A stretch of 63,751 nt of DNA, the filler included. It is 4 parts of 4 records of this genome, joined end to end, with 100 filler letters (N's around TTAATTAATTAA, not from the genome) between each part and the next. Parts side by side here need not be neighbours in the genome. Positions count along the whole stretch, not along the records: positions 46,074 to 56,391 come from SRR22947727_5832; positions 56,492 to 63,751 come from SRR22947727_5860; 2 more parts are not named here. One strand, given 5' to 3'. The position numbers and the translations under genes were made by a program. Below, piece after piece: positions 48,973 through 59,069 of this stretch; positions within the stretch are counted from its first letter, which is position 1, and the number at the start of each line of letters is the position of its first letter. The notes beneath the pieces are model-generated. The model was not told the origin of the DNA, made no database searches, and saw only the letters and a program-made list of their open reading frames with translations.

Positions 48973-50142
48973 TCAGAAGATTTCCGCAGGATCGGCATCG
49001 ATCAAACGGCGCATCGCCAACAGCGACGACAGCATGCACATCACAAGAATCATCACCAGAACGGTGATCGCACGGGCAGGATCCATGCCCACCGGGAGTT
49101 TTGTCGCGTCACGAACGAACCAATACAGCCCTTGTCCGGCGAGATAGGCGGGCACATAACCAAGCGCCGCTAAATAAAAACCTTCTCGCATCACAACACC
49201 AAGCAAGTGACTCATGCGATAACCCATGGCCATCAAGGTGGCGTATTCGGGCAGATGATCACTCACATCGGTGTACAGCACCTGATACACAATCACGCAA
49301 CCCACCACGAAGCCCATGGCAGCCCCGAGGGTGAAAATGAAGCCAATGGAGGTGCTGCTTTTCCAGTAGTTCTGCTCGAAATCAATAAAACCTTGTTTCG
49401 TCAACACCGTCACGTCGTCGGGTAATCGCTGTTGAAGACGCTCAACAGCGAGGTCGGGATCGGTTCCAGGCTGCAACCGAATCAAGCCAACCTCAATCCC
49501 ACCAGGTGATTTCTGAGGCATCAAATCCAAAAATGTTTCGGTACTCGTGAGCAAATTGCCATCGGCTCCAAAACTGGTGCCCAAGCTCACCAACCCTTCA
49601 ACTCGGACCCGATTGCCGGCTATTTCTGTTTCCACCACCTTTCCGTCGTTGTACCAGTCGGCAATCGGACCAAATTCAGGACGCGACAACCGATCGAACA
49701 AAATTCGGCCTTTCTGCTTCAAAACCCCGGTTTGTTCTGCTAGTCCAGGGTCTAAAAAGAACGGATCATCAGGATTGAAGCCCAGCGCCAGGATGGCCCG
49801 ATTGCGACGGGTTTCAGGATTGCGCCACAACATCAAACCCCAATGGACGGGGGTGACTCCTTCAACCGATGGATCAGCCAAGGTTTGAATGAGGCGCCGA
49901 CGGGGAAATCCCGCCATCCGCACCGAACTGGCTGAACGGGGACTGATCAGCACCAAGTCGGCATCAAAGAGCCGATGAACCGTGACGCTTGCATCAAATA
50001 AGCCATCACGAAAACCGAGCTGCATGAACATCAGGATTCCGGCGAAACTGATGCCAGCAAGAGCCACGAACAACCGCACTGGTTGTCGGGTGAGCAACAT
50101 CCAAGAGAGTGGAATTCGACGTCCCTGCCATGGCGAAGTCAT
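48973..50142 (-). CDS. devC: DevC-family ABC exporter permease
   Basis: FMQLGF, EYATLMAMGY and C-terminal ADPAEIF motifs. Confidence 0.92.
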   Translation of the reverse strand: MTSPWQGRRIPLSWMLLTRQPVRLFVALAGISFAGILMFMQLGFRDGLFDASVTVHRLFDADLVLISPRSASSVRMAGFPRRRLIQTLADPSVEGVTPVHWGLMLWRNPETRRNRAILALGFNPDDPFFLDPGLAEQTGVLKQKGRILFDRLSRPEFGPIADWYNDGKVVETEIAGNRVRVEGLVSLGTSFGADGNLLTSTETFLDLMPQKSPGGIEVGLIRLQPGTDPDLAVERLQQRLPDDVTVLTKQGFIDFEQNYWKSSTSIGFIFTLGAAMGFVVGCVIVYQVLYTDVSDHLPEYATLMAMGYRMSHLLGVVMREGFYLAALGYVPAYLAGQGLYWFVRDATKLPVGMDPARAITVLVMILVMCMLSSLLAMRRLIDADPAEIF

Positions 50143-51053
50143 TAGTTCGCCTGGAAACGGGCAATCACTTTCAAACCAGCCAAGCGCATGACCTTTTTGG
50201 CATCGGCGGGATCCAAGGCAACGTCCACTTGCACCACCCGGGCATCCGCATCGCCGGTGGGGTCAGTCGACAGCACAGCGCGCTGCTCAACCTGGGGGCT
50301 AATCCGAATCACTTGTCCATTCAGATTGCCTTTAAAGCCACCGTTCTCACTTGTTAAACGCACGATCTGGCCAAGCCGGATTCTCGCAACATCCGACTCA
50401 TAAACCTCGATTTTTGCTTCCATCTTTTGACTTGCCCCAACGTCCATCACGCCATCACTGCCTGGGCGTTCTCCCTCACGGGAATGAATTTCAAGAACCA
50501 AGCCATCGATGGGTGAGATGAGTTGGCTCAAGGCAAGATCTGTTTGCAAACCCTTTCGGCTGGCCAAAGCCTCTGAGCGCTGGCCCTGCATCCGAATCAG
50601 TTCTTCCCGTTTGTTGTCCACCAACACACGTTCAGCAGCCCCCCACTCAGCCGCTTTTTGAAACCGACTGACCTCAACCGTTTGCAGAGCAATTTGCTGC
50701 TCAAGGCTTCGTAATTTTGCGTTGATTTCTTCGAGATCGGCCAAAAGCCCCTGGCGGTGATCAAAGGTGGCCAACACCTCGCCGCGTTGAATCACCGCAC
50801 CTTCTTTCACATGCAGGGCTGCGATCCGAGGCGTCCCCGCAATTCCTGCGGTAGGCGCAGCAAGACTACGAATATCGCCGGCGGGCATCAGTTGACCAAG
50901 GGCCGCCACCGCTTCCGCTTTGACTGGTGACGCCTGTTCCGGCACAACTGGCGAGCTTTGAAGCTGTGAGGGCTTTGGACGCAATACCAACCAACCGCCA
51001 GCCGCAACAACGACTGCAGTAGCTGCGATCAGAGGACGAGGAATCTTCGGCAT
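50142..51053 (-). CDS. devB: DevB/HlyD-family membrane fusion protein
   Basis: N-terminal TM, VAALG, SPIDG, EVYESD and DARVV motifs. Confidence 0.88.
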   Translation of the reverse strand: MPKIPRPLIAATAVVVAAGGWLVLRPKPSQLQSSPVVPEQASPVKAEAVAALGQLMPAGDIRSLAAPTAGIAGTPRIAALHVKEGAVIQRGEVLATFDHRQGLLADLEEINAKLRSLEQQIALQTVEVSRFQKAAEWGAAERVLVDNKREELIRMQGQRSEALASRKGLQTDLALSQLISPIDGLVLEIHSREGERPGSDGVMDVGASQKMEAKIEVYESDVARIRLGQIVRLTSENGGFKGNLNGQVIRISPQVEQRAVLSTDPTGDADARVVQVDVALDPADAKKVMRLAGLKVIARFQAN

Positions 51054-51793
51054 TAAGGAGTTGGCGGGTTATCAAACAACAGAAGCTCGATATACCGATC
51101 AGCCCACTCTGGATCGAACGCTTTCTCGAGCACCCGGCGGGTTTTGTCGTTGCGCTTCTGTTGAAGGCAGTAATTCAGTTGGCCTTCATACCGGTTGATC
51201 GTAGAAACGGTTGTTGGTGATTCGGGTATTGCGCGCGAGGCGCAATCGGAAAGAACCTCGAGATAGTCGGTGACGACCTGATTAAAAAGAGCCTCTTCGT
51301 CGGCTCCATCTGGCCGAATGAAACACACCTTTCTTGAAAAAATTGTCCCCCATCCAGGCAGGTCTCGCACCTGACGAAATGCTGGCCTTTCAATCGCCTC
51401 AAGGCCTTCAAACACTGGATCAGGTAACTCGCCCGATGTCGGCGATAGGTCAACAATCGCCGCCGATATTCCCGCAGGGCCCGCAACGATATCGGCCCCA
51501 AAAATCGGTAGGTCGTATCGAGGATCAGGGAACCAAACACAGTGAAGAATCTGCAAGCCGTTGCCGAGTCTTGCTATTTCCAGGTGAATTTTGCGAAAAC
51601 CTCGGCACTGATACAGCTCGTTGCCAATAAAAAGCGTTTCACCGTCGAGTTCTCCATGAATCGCCTTGAGGTCCTCAGCGGTGCATAACGGTGCAAGTTC
51701 TGGAAGTTTTTGCCAAGACGAACGGATGGACGCTGCGAGCGTCGACACCAGAGGATGCAGTTCCTGACAGGGATCCTTCGACTGAGGCTGCAT
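51053..51793 (-). CDS. pcyA: Phycocyanobilin:ferredoxin oxidoreductase
   Basis: [18 protein letters not shown] and [15 protein letters not shown] motifs. Start at MQPQSK. Confidence 0.95.
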   Translation of the reverse strand: MQPQSKDPCQELHPLVSTLAASIRSSWQKLPELAPLCTAEDLKAIHGELDGETLFIGNELYQCRGFRKIHLEIARLGNGLQILHCVWFPDPRYDLPIFGADIVAGPAGISAAIVDLSPTSGELPDPVFEGLEAIERPAFRQVRDLPGWGTIFSRKVCFIRPDGADEEALFNQVVTDYLEVLSDCASRAIPESPTTVSTINRYEGQLNYCLQQKRNDKTRRVLEKAFDPEWADRYIELLLFDNPPTP

Positions 51794-51860
51794 CAAGGCC
51801 GGCAGGCACAGAATAGAACTTTGCCACGCAGTTCTGAACCGTTCGTTCTTCGGTCCCAAG

Positions 51861-53099
51861 TTGGACAACTGGACTTTGCCCAACGGCACCCGTTGCGTGG
51901 CGGCAGCGATGCCCGATGCACCGCTCACCTGCCTTGATTTTTGGTGCCAAGCCGGCAGCAGTAGTGAGCAGCCTGGTGAGGAAGGCATCGCACATTTTCT
52001 TGAACACATGGTGTTCAAGGGAAGTCATCGCTTAGCCGCTGGGGCCTTCGATGAAGCCATCGAAGCGCTTGGAGGCAGCAGCAATGCAGCCACTGGATTC
52101 GACGACGTGCACTTTCACGTTTTGATCCCACCAGATCGAGCAGCCGAGGCTTTGGATTTACTGCTTGAACTTGTGCTGCAACCGGCCCTCGACCCCCAGG
52201 GCTTTTCCACAGAGAGAGATGTGGTGCTCGAAGAGATTGCCCAATATGCCGACCAACCCACCGAGCAAGTGCTGCAAAGCATCTTGAGCTTGGGTTGCGA
52301 AGACCATGCCTACGGCCGACCCATTCTCGGCAGGGTTGCAACGCTCAACGCCATGGAGCCCAGCCTGATGCGGCGGTTTCACCAACGGCGTTACCTCGGG
52401 CCGAATTGCACCCTGGCCCTGGCTGGCCCTGCCCCAGAAACGCTCAAACCAGCCATCGCAGCATCGGCCTTGGCGGACCTACCAGGAGATCGAAACAAGC
52501 CCAGCTCGCATCAACCCTTGCCGTTAATGCTTCACGCCGGCCGCCACACGCAACGGGTCGACCGCTTGGAGTCGGCGCGAATTTTGATGCTTTGGACAAC
52601 AGCGCCTGCCCACAACCAGGACGCCGTTATGGGAGCAGATCTCGCGACAACACTGTTAGGTGAGGGAAGAAGAAGTCGTCTGGTGGAGCGTTTACGGGAG
52701 GAGCTTCAATTGGTTGAAAGCATCTCGATGGACCTCACCGCCTTGGAGGAGGGGAGCCTCATCACCCTCGAAGTGATCTGCCCAGAAGATGCATTGCCCG
52801 CAGTTGAACAAGAGATCAATGCAGTGCTGCATCAAGTGGCAGACGAAGCCGTCTCAGAACAAGAGTTAAGGCGTGGGTACCAGCTTGTGAGCAATAGCCT
52901 CCGCTACTCGTTGGAATCTGTCGGACATGTGACCGGTCTTTGTGCTAGCCACGTGCTCTGGAATCGCAACCAAGACCTGTTATCTCCCTTAAACCATCTG
53001 AGCCAATGGAGTGCCGAACGACTGCAGACCGAACTATTCCCTGCGCTACTGCCTGAAAAGGCCTGTGTGTTGATTGCTCGCCCTGGAGCCAACCAGTGA
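51861..53099 (+). CDS. M16B zinc peptidase, catalytic subunit
   Basis: [10 protein letters not shown] (HxxEH) and ERDVVLEE motifs. Confidence 0.92.
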   Translation: MDNWTLPNGTRCVAAAMPDAPLTCLDFWCQAGSSSEQPGEEGIAHFLEHMVFKGSHRLAAGAFDEAIEALGGSSNAATGFDDVHFHVLIPPDRAAEALDLLLELVLQPALDPQGFSTERDVVLEEIAQYADQPTEQVLQSILSLGCEDHAYGRPILGRVATLNAMEPSLMRRFHQRRYLGPNCTLALAGPAPETLKPAIAASALADLPGDRNKPSSHQPLPLMLHAGRHTQRVDRLESARILMLWTTAPAHNQDAVMGADLATTLLGEGRRSRLVERLREELQLVESISMDLTALEEGSLITLEVICPEDALPAVEQEINAVLHQVADEAVSEQELRRGYQLVSNSLRYSLESVGHVTGLCASHVLWNRNQDLLSPLNHLSQWSAERLQTELFPALLPEKACVLIARPGANQ

Positions 53100-54349
53100 G
53101 TTCAGCACTGGATATTTTGGTCGAACCTCTCGCGTCACCGGGCGTGATGGCCGCAAAGCTTTGGCTGCCATTTGGCAGTGCTTGCGATGCCAGAGATCAG
53201 CGCGGTGCCCACGACTTATTGGCGTCGCTCCTGAGCCGGGGCTGCGGCCCCTACAACCCAAAGGAACTCGCCGATGTTGTCGAGGGATGTGGAGCAGGGC
53301 TGCGCTGCGATGCGCAAGAGGATGGGTTGCTACTGAGTCTTCGCAGCACCCTGGAGGATGCGGAGCAGCTTCTTCCGTTATTGGGGTGGATGGTTCTAGA
53401 ACCGCATCTCGCACCGGACCAAGTCGCCCTCGAAAAAAACCTCACCCTGCAGATGTTGCAGCGGCAGCGGGAGGACCCATTTCACATGGCAGCCGTCGCA
53501 TGGCGTGGACTCGCCTTTAACGACGGCGGCTATGGCCATGATCCGATGGGAGTGGAACAGGACCTCCAAAACATCGAACGCCAGCAGATTCTGCCCCTGG
53601 CCCAGCAACTCCCAAGCGGGCGAAGCATTTTGAGCCTGGCGGGCTGCCTACCCGCAGACATCGAGCACCGCATTCGTGCCATGGATGGTTTCCGTGGCTG
53701 GCCACAAGCATCGGCTGAATGGAACGCTGGTCGTCTTAATTACGGAACGCCTGCAGGCGAAAGGATTCATCTTGAATCGATGGACACAGAACAGGTGGTT
53801 CTGATGCTTGGACAAGCAACGGTCCCCCACGGACATCCCGATGATCTGGTGTTGCGCTTGCTCCAATGTCATCTCGGGGTTGGGATGTCGAGCCTTCTGT
53901 TTCGACGGCTTCGGGAGGAACACGGTGTTGCCTACGAAGTTGCAGTGCACTATCCACAATTGATCGGACCAGCCCCCTTTGTGCTTCTGGCTGCTACTGG
54001 GATGGAACGGGCTGAACTCAGCCTGCAACTCCTTCTTCAAAGCTGGGACGAGCTCTGCCAAACCACTCTGAGTCAAGCCGATCTAACCCTTGCGCGCGCC
54101 AAGTTCATCGGTCAGTTGGCCCAGGCTCGGCAAACCTGCTCTCAACGCGCTGAGCGGAGGGTTCAACTTCGCGCCATGGGACTGCGCGATGACCATGACC
54201 AGAGCTGTATGGAAGCCATTGCATCAATCACGGTTGATCGCATCCAAGAGACCTGCCAACGCTGGTTCCAGAAACCCCAGCTCAGCCTCTGTGGTCCGCT
54301 CGAATCATTAGAGACTCTGGAGCGGGTTTGGGCTAAACGACATCCATAA
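53096..54349 (+). CDS. M16B peptidase, non-catalytic partner
   Basis: No HxxEH. Carries SSLLFRRLREEHGVAY (R/Y pair). 4-bp overlap with the catalytic subunit. Confidence 0.88.
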   Translation: MSSALDILVEPLASPGVMAAKLWLPFGSACDARDQRGAHDLLASLLSRGCGPYNPKELADVVEGCGAGLRCDAQEDGLLLSLRSTLEDAEQLLPLLGWMVLEPHLAPDQVALEKNLTLQMLQRQREDPFHMAAVAWRGLAFNDGGYGHDPMGVEQDLQNIERQQILPLAQQLPSGRSILSLAGCLPADIEHRIRAMDGFRGWPQASAEWNAGRLNYGTPAGERIHLESMDTEQVVLMLGQATVPHGHPDDLVLRLLQCHLGVGMSSLLFRRLREEHGVAYEVAVHYPQLIGPAPFVLLAATGMERAELSLQLLLQSWDELCQTTLSQADLTLARAKFIGQLAQARQTCSQRAERRVQLRAMGLRDDHDQSCMEAIASITVDRIQETCQRWFQKPQLSLCGPLESLETLERVWAKRHP

Positions 54350-54354
54350 CGCGA

Positions 54355-54624
54355 TCACTCCACTGAGTCATCGACATCATTTTGAGCGACATCATCTTGA
54401 GCGTCATCACCTATGGCAGCAGCCTCGAGTTGATCGAGGGAGATTAAATAGGTACCGCGGCGAAACCGAACAGCGACGGTGTCGAGCGGATGTAGCGCAA
54501 CGACTTCCCCCACTTCATCCAGGCTGACAAGGTCCGATGGACGCAACATCGGCATGGGATCGGCGGTCTTCAGATAAGGAAGTTGTTGCTTCAGTCGCAA
54601 CCTGTCACCAATGGAGGCCGTCAT
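54355..54624 (-). CDS. sipA: SipA (DUF3148) regulatory protein
   Basis: PYLKTADPMPMLRP..VRFRRGTYL motif. Confidence 0.88.
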   Translation of the reverse strand: MTASIGDRLRLKQQLPYLKTADPMPMLRPSDLVSLDEVGEVVALHPLDTVAVRFRRGTYLISLDQLEAAAIGDDAQDDVAQNDVDDSVE

Positions 54625-54680
54625 GATCTCTAGGCAGGACGTTCATTCTCGAGCAGGATGGCCCCAGTTGTTTGTGGAAC

Positions 54681-55250
54681 GTGAGGGCTCTCGCTATTTG
54701 GAGCGGTGCCCTGGCTGGGCTGATGGCCATTTTGATTGGCAGCCTTGTGCCTGCGGCACTGCTCCTACCAACTCCGCAGCTCGCAGTTGTTGATCTCCCC
54801 GCAACCTGGCAAGTCTCCGCATTGTTGGTCTGCGCCATGGTCAGTGGCCCACGCGCTGGCGTCATTGCGGCGGTGGCCTACTTGAGCATGGGCTTCATCA
54901 ACCTCCCGGTGTTCCATGGCGGTGGTGGGTTGAATTACCTGCTTGAGCCTGGCTTTGGATACTTGGCGGGCTTTGTTCCAGCAGCCTGGTTGACCGGCCG
55001 ATTGGCGCATCAAACGGGAATGCAGGACCTACCAAAGCAGTGCTTCGCTGCTGGAGCTGGTCTCTTGGTTTTGCAGTTGTGTGGCCTTCTCAACCTCGGA
55101 TTGGGTGCGCTATTCGGACGGTGGAGTTCACCGGTGTTGAGCCTGATCATGCAGTACTCAATCAACCCACTTCCGGCTCAAATTTTCCTTTGCATCGCAT
55201 CGGGCTTACTCGCTGTGATTTTGCGTCGCCTTCTAATCGTTGAATCATGA
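54681..55250 (+). CDS. bioY: Biotin transporter BioY
   Basis: YLSMG..NLPVFHGGGG..PGFGYLAGF motif. Start codon approximate. Confidence 0.9.
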   Translation: MRALAIWSGALAGLMAILIGSLVPAALLLPTPQLAVVDLPATWQVSALLVCAMVSGPRAGVIAAVAYLSMGFINLPVFHGGGGLNYLLEPGFGYLAGFVPAAWLTGRLAHQTGMQDLPKQCFAAGAGLLVLQLCGLLNLGLGALFGRWSSPVLSLIMQYSINPLPAQIFLCIASGLLAVILRRLLIVES

Positions 55251-55723
55251 GCAGGGTGCTGCAACGATCCACAACCTTGTCGATTGCTGCAGCCATCGTG
55301 CTGATCGATCAGCTAAGTAAGGCCGTACTCTCGGCGATCTTGGTTGATGGCAGATCGATTCCCGCCATCCCTGGAATCCTCTCTCTGCAACTGGTTCACA
55401 ACAGTGGTGCTGCCTTCAGCCTGTTCAGCGGATCGACAGAATTCCTAGGCCTGCTCAGCCTATTGGTGAGTTTGGGGATCTTGGTCTGGATTGGGCGACA
55501 ACGTGCGATACCTCTTTGGCAAGGCCTAGCGACGGCATGCCTGTTGGGCGGAACGCTTGGCAATGGCTTAGACCGCTGGCGCCTTGGCTACGTGGTGGAC
55601 TTTCTCGCGCTCGTGCCGATCAACTTCCCGATCTTCAACGGCGCTGATATCGCGATCAATCTTGCGGTGCTGTGTTTCGTCTTGGATCTCTGGCTCAACC
55701 GCCATGACGGGGAGCATGGTTAA
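55247..55723 (+). CDS. lspA: Lipoprotein signal peptidase II
   Basis: DQLSK, NSGAAFS, GNGLDR, VVDF and FNGAD motifs. Confidence 0.95.
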   Translation: MSRVLQRSTTLSIAAAIVLIDQLSKAVLSAILVDGRSIPAIPGILSLQLVHNSGAAFSLFSGSTEFLGLLSLLVSLGILVWIGRQRAIPLWQGLATACLLGGTLGNGLDRWRLGYVVDFLALVPINFPIFNGADIAINLAVLCFVLDLWLNRHDGEHG

Positions 55724-56391
55724 TCCCACATTGCTGATTCAACAGCTGAATCAGCGCGAACGAAGCATCGAACTCCACGGCGAGAGTTACCGGCTGGGGC
55801 GCGATAAAAACGCTGACATCCTTCTCATTCATCCAGCGATCAGCAGGTTTCACGCACGATTGGTCCGTCGTGGTCGGCGCTGGTTACTGATCGACGAACA
55901 ATCAACCAATGGCTTGTGGTGGCAGGGAAAACGGATTCAAGAACTCGAACTCCGCGACGGAGATCACATCACACTGGCTCCAGCCTCAGAGCCCGATGCA
56001 CCTCAGCTGAACTTCAGACATTCGTCGGATCGAGACCAGCAGAAATGGGCACATCGGATTGGCCTTGTGATCGCCGCAGCGCTGACAGCGGGCTCAGGTC
56101 TACTAGTGGTTGCCAATCTCAGCGTGCCCGTGCGGGGTCGTTTGGCACGGGTGCAAGGGCCAATCGCTCTTTACGACCGAGACGATTTGCCGATCAGTTC
56201 ACTGGATTCCGAGCGGCACAACGAGTTGCAACGCCTGGATGCCTTCTCCCCAAAACTGATCAGTGCCGTCATTGCCAGTGAGGACAGTCGTTTCTGGTGG
56301 CACCCTGGCATTGACGCGATCGGAATCCTGCGCGCCCTGATCACGAATGTGCAGGGACGGGAGGTGCTGGAGGGAGGCAGCAGTCTCACGC
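55716..56391 (+). CDS. FHA domain-class A penicillin-binding protein fusion (3' truncated)
   Basis: LGR..ISRFHA..STNG (FHA), one TM, then EDSRFWWHPGID and EGGSSLT (transglycosylase). Confidence 0.9.
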
Positions 56392-56491
56392 NNNNNNNNN
56401 NNNNNNNNNNNNNNNNNNNNNNNNNNNNNNNNNNNTTAATTAATTAANNNNNNNNNNNNNNNNNNNNNNNNNNNNNNNNNNNNNNNNNNNN
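56392..56491. other. Artificial contig spacer
   Basis: N44-TTAATTAATTAA-N44. Confidence 0.99.
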
Positions 56492-56508
56492 TGATTTAAT
56501 AAAAGGTT

Positions 56509-56541
56509 TGAGACTATGCCAATGATATTAACATAGTCTCA
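56509..56541. terminator. Hairpin downstream of the TonB-dependent receptor
   Basis: TGAGACTATG-N13-CATAGTCTCA. Confidence 0.5.
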
Positions 56542-56570
56542 TATTAAGAAGAATGAGTCTTAAAGCTAAC

Positions 56571-58910
56571 TTAGAACTCTCTTCTGAGTCTAATCATAAT
56601 TTGACGCGGTGGGATATATTCTAGGCCCGTTGCAGCAACTCCAAATACATCTGTCATACTTGAATTAACTCCACCTTCATCTGCAATATTAAGTAGCATG
56701 AAGTCTATGCCAGTGTTTTTGCCGACAAAATCAATGCTAGTTGTTAAATTAAATAGGTTATATGCCTTTATAGAATCTACAGATGGATTATTTGAAACTC
56801 TTTGCTCAAACTCACCTCTTCTTACATATTGAAAAGAAGTAGTAAGCTCATTGCCCGATACTAATTCAGTGACATATGTTAAATTTATATCTGCAGTAAA
56901 TTCAGGGCTTTTTGCTAGTTTATTGCCTTTAACATCCTCTCTTAGACCGTATCTTAAATCCTCTTGACCAAAGAAATATTGATAAGCATCAACATTATCT
57001 AAAACCTCATAACTTGAAGTTACTTCTGAATTTAAAAATGCTAAATTCATATCCATGGTTAAAGAGTCTGAAAATAAAGCAGTTAACTCAACCTCAAGAC
57101 CTGACATTTCAGACTGAGGTATGTTGGCAACTCCTCCTCTGTATGGGTCTGGGTCTGTTGCCTGGAACTGTAAATTTTCATAATCATATGTAAATAGAGC
57201 AATGTTAGCTCTAGCTCTCCCTTCTAAAAGGTCTGTTTTAAGTCCGACTTCAATAGCTTTGATGCTTTCACTCTCATAAGTAGGGAAGACCATAGCTGGA
57301 GCAACAGGTCTTTCAGCAACAAGATCCTCTGCCTCTGTAAAACCAAATGTTAGGTTGCTTCCTCCTGGTTTAAAGCCTCTTGAAAAAGAAATATAAGCCA
57401 TAGCATCACTTGATATATCAAACTCTCCTACAATTTTTCCTGTCATCTTGTCTGATGTACCTTTGGCCTGGAAAGTTTCAACATTAAAGAAATTTGTTAC
57501 ATCTGTTTTAAAAGTATCCTCTGAATATCTTAAACCTGATACTAGCCTTAGATCTTCACTAAAACTATATGTTGTTTGTGCATATATTGAATATGATTCT
57601 CTGCTTGGAAAAGCGTCTGTAACAAAGTCCCATTCTGCATCAAATACAGCAAACCTACCCGGTATACCATAGTCATGCTCATAACAAGAGCCAGATACAG
57701 CTAAAGGACTTGAACATTCATAAGCAATCTGACCATCATTATTATTATCTCTGTAGCCTCTTATATGATTTTCTATATCATGCTGCATATAAAATGCTCC
57801 AACTGTCCAATCAAGCGCTCCTAAAATTGGTTCATTTGAAACTAAATTAATCTCCAGGGTTTTTGTTTCGACAATTGATGTTTCTGGAGTAAATTCTGCT
57901 CTTTGATATGTTGCATCTTCGCCTAAACCTGGGATTACTCTAACCAAATCTCCGAAATTATGCCTATCATTATCTCTTGTTACAGAAATATCATCATCCT
58001 GAATACTCGCCATAACTTTTAGATTTGCAAAACCTAGATCATTCTCATAAATAGCTCCAAGAACTAATGATGTTAGCTCGTGGTTAGATATTGTATCCTG
58101 TGATAACTTTCTAGCATCGCCAGATGTATCATCAATACCTCTGATTGCTGAACCATTTCTGTCCACTTCAAAGTATTGACCAAAAACTCTAAGTGAAGAA
58201 ATATCTGTTAACTCATAAAACCAGTCACTTCTAATGCTTATATTATTTGCATCATCAAGGTCTTGCCCTGTGACTAAATTTTCAGTAAAACCATCTCTTT
58301 TAGTCGCTGAGAAGGAAAAACGAGTTGCTAGTTTATCACTCAAGGGAATATTGCTTGCTGATCTAAATTTTGTAAGACCGTAATCACCGAGCGTTATGTC
58401 GGATTTATTTGAATAGCCTTCAACAGAAGGCTTTTTACTAATGACGTTTATTGCTCCACCAGTAGAGTTCTGACCAAAAAGGGTTCCCTGTGGTCCTCTC
58501 AAGACTTCAATTCGTTCAACATCAATAAAATCAGTTTGAAGTGAAAATGGAGAGGCTATAAATATGCCATCCATATGAAACGCAACTGAGGGAGCTGCAA
58601 TAGCATTCTGATTTGTTTCATTTCCAACTCCTCGGATTGAAATAACAGTTTTATATCCTTCATTTTTTGCAACGGTAACTCCAGGAACTATTGCACTTAT
58701 ATCAACAAAAGAATTAATATTTTTTGCATCAAGATCGTCTTCTGTAATAGCTGTAACTGATTGAGATATATCTTGAACGCTTTCGCTTCTTTTTTCTGCA
58801 GTAACAATCACATCTTCAATTACTGATGCTTTTGTATAAGGCACTAGAAATAATGTTAAAAAAAGGATTGATGAGATAAAGAATTTTTCGATGTAAAGAG
58901 ATGTTTTCAT
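56571..58910 (-). CDS. TonB-dependent receptor
   Basis: Signal peptide, EDVIVTAEKR TonB box, ERIEVLRGPQGTLFG plug motif and C-terminal Phe. Confidence 0.95.
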   Translation of the reverse strand: MKTSLYIEKFFISSILFLTLFLVPYTKASVIEDVIVTAEKRSESVQDISQSVTAITEDDLDAKNINSFVDISAIVPGVTVAKNEGYKTVISIRGVGNETNQNAIAAPSVAFHMDGIFIASPFSLQTDFIDVERIEVLRGPQGTLFGQNSTGGAINVISKKPSVEGYSNKSDITLGDYGLTKFRSASNIPLSDKLATRFSFSATKRDGFTENLVTGQDLDDANNISIRSDWFYELTDISSLRVFGQYFEVDRNGSAIRGIDDTSGDARKLSQDTISNHELTSLVLGAIYENDLGFANLKVMASIQDDDISVTRDNDRHNFGDLVRVIPGLGEDATYQRAEFTPETSIVETKTLEINLVSNEPILGALDWTVGAFYMQHDIENHIRGYRDNNNDGQIAYECSSPLAVSGSCYEHDYGIPGRFAVFDAEWDFVTDAFPSRESYSIYAQTTYSFSEDLRLVSGLRYSEDTFKTDVTNFFNVETFQAKGTSDKMTGKIVGEFDISSDAMAYISFSRGFKPGGSNLTFGFTEAEDLVAERPVAPAMVFPTYESESIKAIEVGLKTDLLEGRARANIALFTYDYENLQFQATDPDPYRGGVANIPQSEMSGLEVELTALFSDSLTMDMNLAFLNSEVTSSYEVLDNVDAYQYFFGQEDLRYGLREDVKGNKLAKSPEFTADINLTYVTELVSGNELTTSFQYVRRGEFEQRVSNNPSVDSIKAYNLFNLTTSIDFVGKNTGIDFMLLNIADEGGVNSSMTDVFGVAATGLEYIPPRQIMIRLRREF

Positions 58911-58981
58911 TGGTTTCCCCATAATAAAATTGTAATTAAAAATTCGAAGCCGTGATTCTATCACAGCTTTATTACTTAACA

Positions 58982-58997
58982 TGCAATCTATGTGCCA
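58982..58997 (-). promoter_or_regulatory. Sigma54 (-24/-12) promoter
   Basis: TGGCAC-ATAGA-TTGCA, an exact consensus match about 70 bp upstream of the receptor start and in the correct orientation. Confidence 0.75.
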
Positions 58998-59069
58998 AAA
59001 AAGTATAAATTCTTTGTTTTAAGTAGCCAATTAGTTTAAATTGTAGATTAATTAATTCTCTACACATCT

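Noticed and set aside
48261-51053. devBCA as evidence of heterocyst glycolipid export
   Set aside because: DevBCA homologues are routine in unicellular cyanobacteria.
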